DNA of 39,693 nucleotides from a virus: UHGV virus genome UHGV-0150678; one strand, 5' to 3'. Shown piece by piece: positions 37,816 to 39,693 of this stretch (position 1 is its first letter; each line of letters starts with the position of its first letter). The notes under the pieces were generated by a model. It saw only the letters and a program-made list of their open reading frames with translations, ran no database searches and was not told where the DNA came from. The position numbers and the translations under genes were made by a program.

Positions 37816-38695
37816 CCTCCAGTTTCGCTTTGCATTCTATGTAAATGGCTTGTACGTTCTGCTGCAATTTCATTCCAGATGTCAGGCGATATGCTTCTGC
37901 AAAATATCGCTTCAAATCATCCATGTTTTCTGCCTGAGCCATTTCATCGCAAAGAAGTTGTGCTTTATCCATTATTTCCTGCTGGCGTTTCCGTTCATCT
38001 TCGCGGATATCTTCCTCTGATTTGTGCGGCATAACTGGTTCCTGATGCATACCTTCATCTTCGTTAAGCAGGTGAATGGCATTATCCAGTCGCTGGGCTT
38101 TAGGCCAGTATTTGCTGGCGCGTTTAACTATTGTTTTACGCGCCATCTCTTCCCAGAATGTTTTCCACGGTCCATTCTTTGCCTTGCTCGTTGCTTCAAC
38201 TGCTTTAATTTCTGCCAGACTCATTTCTTCAGTCAGGTAGTCACCATCTGCTGTTTTAACCGTGCAATAACCTCCAACAATAGAGCCTCGCTCACCAAAT
38301 GCGTTGTATTTGTGGGTTGGTGCTGAATCAAGGCCATTTGATTCATAGGTGTCGTTTGAGTACACCAGTTTGCATTGCCCCCACTTAATTGATCCTGTCG
38401 ATTGCGCAAGATGAAGTAATCCCATGTAACTGATATCAAGGCACACCATGCCTTCGCGAGGAACCAGATAAGCCAGTTTGCTGGCCGGGTTTAAGGTGAT
38501 GCCGATCGCCGCAACATTGATAATGGCGTTCTGTGCGCTGGTTGGATTTGCCAGTGCCGTTTTAGCCAGGTAATCATTTTTCTGGAAATACTGAATTGCA
38601 AACTGGCTTTCCTTAGCCCATGTCAACGCCTGTTCAGTCAATGCTCCGCAGAATAACTGCTCCTGCTGTTTAACGAATTCAACGATATTGCTCAT
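37793..38695 (-). CDS. recT: RecT-family single-strand annealing recombinase
   Basis: 300 aa; core AAIGITLNPASKLAYLVPREG...GYCTVKTADGDY is typical of RecT; sits in the bet position. Confidence 0.85.
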   Translation of the reverse strand: MSNIVEFVKQQEQLFCGALTEQALTWAKESQFAIQYFQKNDYLAKTALANPTSAQNAIINVAAIGITLNPASKLAYLVPREGMVCLDISYMGLLHLAQSTGSIKWGQCKLVYSNDTYESNGLDSAPTHKYNAFGERGSIVGGYCTVKTADGDYLTEEMSLAEIKAVEATSKAKNGPWKTFWEEMARKTIVKRASKYWPKAQRLDNAIHLLNEDEGMHQEPVMPHKSEEDIREDERKRQQEIMDKAQLLCDEMAQAENMDDLKRYFAEAYRLTSGMKLQQNVQAIYIECKAKLEVASEQTV

Positions 38696-39003
38696 GCTGC
38701 TTCTCCATAAATGTGTCTGCGTTTGAATATTGCGAAGGCATATTCAGCCTTAACTCTTTCGGTTATTGCATCCCAGAACCATTCAGCGGCTTTTTCCTGA
38801 TAGTTACAGTCATCATCTTCCAGCCAGTCGATAGCGTCCTTAGTGTGTTCATCTGGTTTATATGAGCGAAGCATTTCGCTTATTGGGTCGCAACGTTTGC
38901 AGAGGCGATCAACTTCACTGTTGATTCGTCCGTAATCTTCATCAGTAAAACTTGCGATTATTTGCGATATTTCACGCTTATCATTCAGAGTCAGAATCAT
39001 CAT
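38692..39003 (-). CDS. Hypothetical protein (103 aa)
   Basis: ORF track; upstream of recT in the leftward operon. Confidence 0.5.
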   Translation of the reverse strand: MMILTLNDKREISQIIASFTDEDYGRINSEVDRLCKRCDPISEMLRSYKPDEHTKDAIDWLEDDDCNYQEKAAEWFWDAITERVKAEYAFAIFKRRHIYGEAA

Positions 39004-39084
39004 CTTTCTCCTGTTCTTTGTGCTGATTGAGCATTTTGTTCATCTGACGAATGAATTCTTCGTCTGACCAGTTATCTGTAAAAC

Positions 39085-39237
39085 TCATTTCCTGCGATAC
39101 CACGGAAGATTGATAGCTGATTTCATCGCTTTATTTGCTTCAAGCCACATTTTTGAATCACCAATAAATCGGGCTATTACTGCTTTGTTCTGTGCTGCAC
39201 GAAGCATCTGGTGATTGATGGCTATTTCATTGCGCAT
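39085..39237 (-). CDS. kil: Kil-like small protein (50 aa)
   Basis: Not in the ORF track. MRNEIAINHQMLRAAQNKAVIARFIGDSKMWLEA... resembles my recollection of lambda Kil (...ATFIGDEKMFREA...); GGAGG 4 nt upstream. Confidence 0.4.
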   Translation of the reverse strand: MRNEIAINHQMLRAAQNKAVIARFIGDSKMWLEANKAMKSAINLPWYRRK

Positions 39238-39356
39238 AACGCCTCCAGTTGTTTCTTTGCTGCTCTGATTAATTGTTTAACTCGGCGTGATAATTCAGAT
39301 TCGTGCGGGTAGAAAGCGGACATGACGCCGCTACCCGCGAGCTGAAAGTGCATCAT
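39222..39356 (-). CDS. cIII: cIII-like small protein (44 aa)
   Basis: Not in the ORF track. MMHFQLAGSGVMSAFYPHESELSRRVKQLIRAAKKQL parallels lambda CIII (AIAGWPVAGCPSESLLERITRKLRDGWKRL); AAGGAG 6 nt upstream. Confidence 0.4.
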   Translation of the reverse strand: MMHFQLAGSGVMSAFYPHESELSRRVKQLIRAAKKQLEALCAMK

Positions 39357-39431
39357 GGGTAACTCCTTATATTTGATTGCATAACGAAAACGCCTCGAGT
39401 GAAGCGTAATTGGTATGCGGTAACGCCGCGC

Positions 39432-39693
39432 TCAGGCGGCTTTGATAGTCATATCATCTGGATCAAATATTCCTGATGTATCGATATCGGTAATTCTTAT
39501 TCCTTCGCTACCATCCATTGGAGGCCATCCTTCCTGACCATTTCCATCATTCCAGTCGAACTCACACACAACACCATATGCATTTAAGTCGCTTGAAATT
39601 GCTATAAGCAGAGCATGTTGCGCCAGCATGATTAATACAGCATTTAATACAGAGCCGTGTTTATTGAGTCGGTATTCAGAGTCTGACCAGAAA
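39432..39693 (-). CDS. 3' part of a leftward early gene whose frame is open to the window end
   Basis: Track ORF 39432-39629 extends without a stop to 39693, in frame with the ORF at 1-107 across the junction. Confidence 0.45.
   Translation of the reverse strand, partial: FWSDSEYRLNKHGSVLNAVLIMLAQHALLIAISSDLNAYGVVCEFDWNDGNGQEGWPPMDGSEGIRITDIDTSGIFDPDDMTIKAA

Overview
This window reads as a complete or near-complete, circularly permuted genome of a temperate mosaic phage: a lambda-type regulatory backbone carrying a P22-like replication and virion module, with a K1-capsule (polysialic acid) specific tailspike. All calls are from reading the sequence and the ORF track against remembered protein families; no database search was run. 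Lambda-type parts: N with nutL and pL/OL1-3, cI, OR1-3/pR/pRM, cro, nutR, ninB/D/E/H, Q and pR'. Non-lambda modules: a cII homolog, an O-like initiator with an internal ori-like repeat block, a DnaB-type helicase, a class II holin with SAR endolysin and Rz/Rz1, terminase, portal, scaffold, coat, gp4/gp10/gp26/gp14, ejection proteins gp7/gp20/gp16, and Mnt. The tailspike has a P22-type head-binding N-terminus fused to a sialidase-like domain, followed by an O-acetyltransferase gene (neuO-like) with eight AAGACTC repeats after its ATG that put it out of frame. A P4-type integrase, a tRNA 3'-end mimic (candidate attP) and an AlpA-like gene follow, then a leftward early operon (RecT, Gp157-like, Ead/Ea22-like, ASCH, DUF551, kil/cIII-like small genes). 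Both window ends are phage sequence, and one ORF reads in frame across the end-to-start junction. Candidate accessory or defence-related loci worth follow-up: a single 301-aa gene replacing rexAB downstream of cI; a DUF2829 (Tad2-like) gene after the lysis cassette; an antisense CxxCxxCC-motif gene in the bor slot; and a three-gene cluster in the sieA/immI slot next to mnt.
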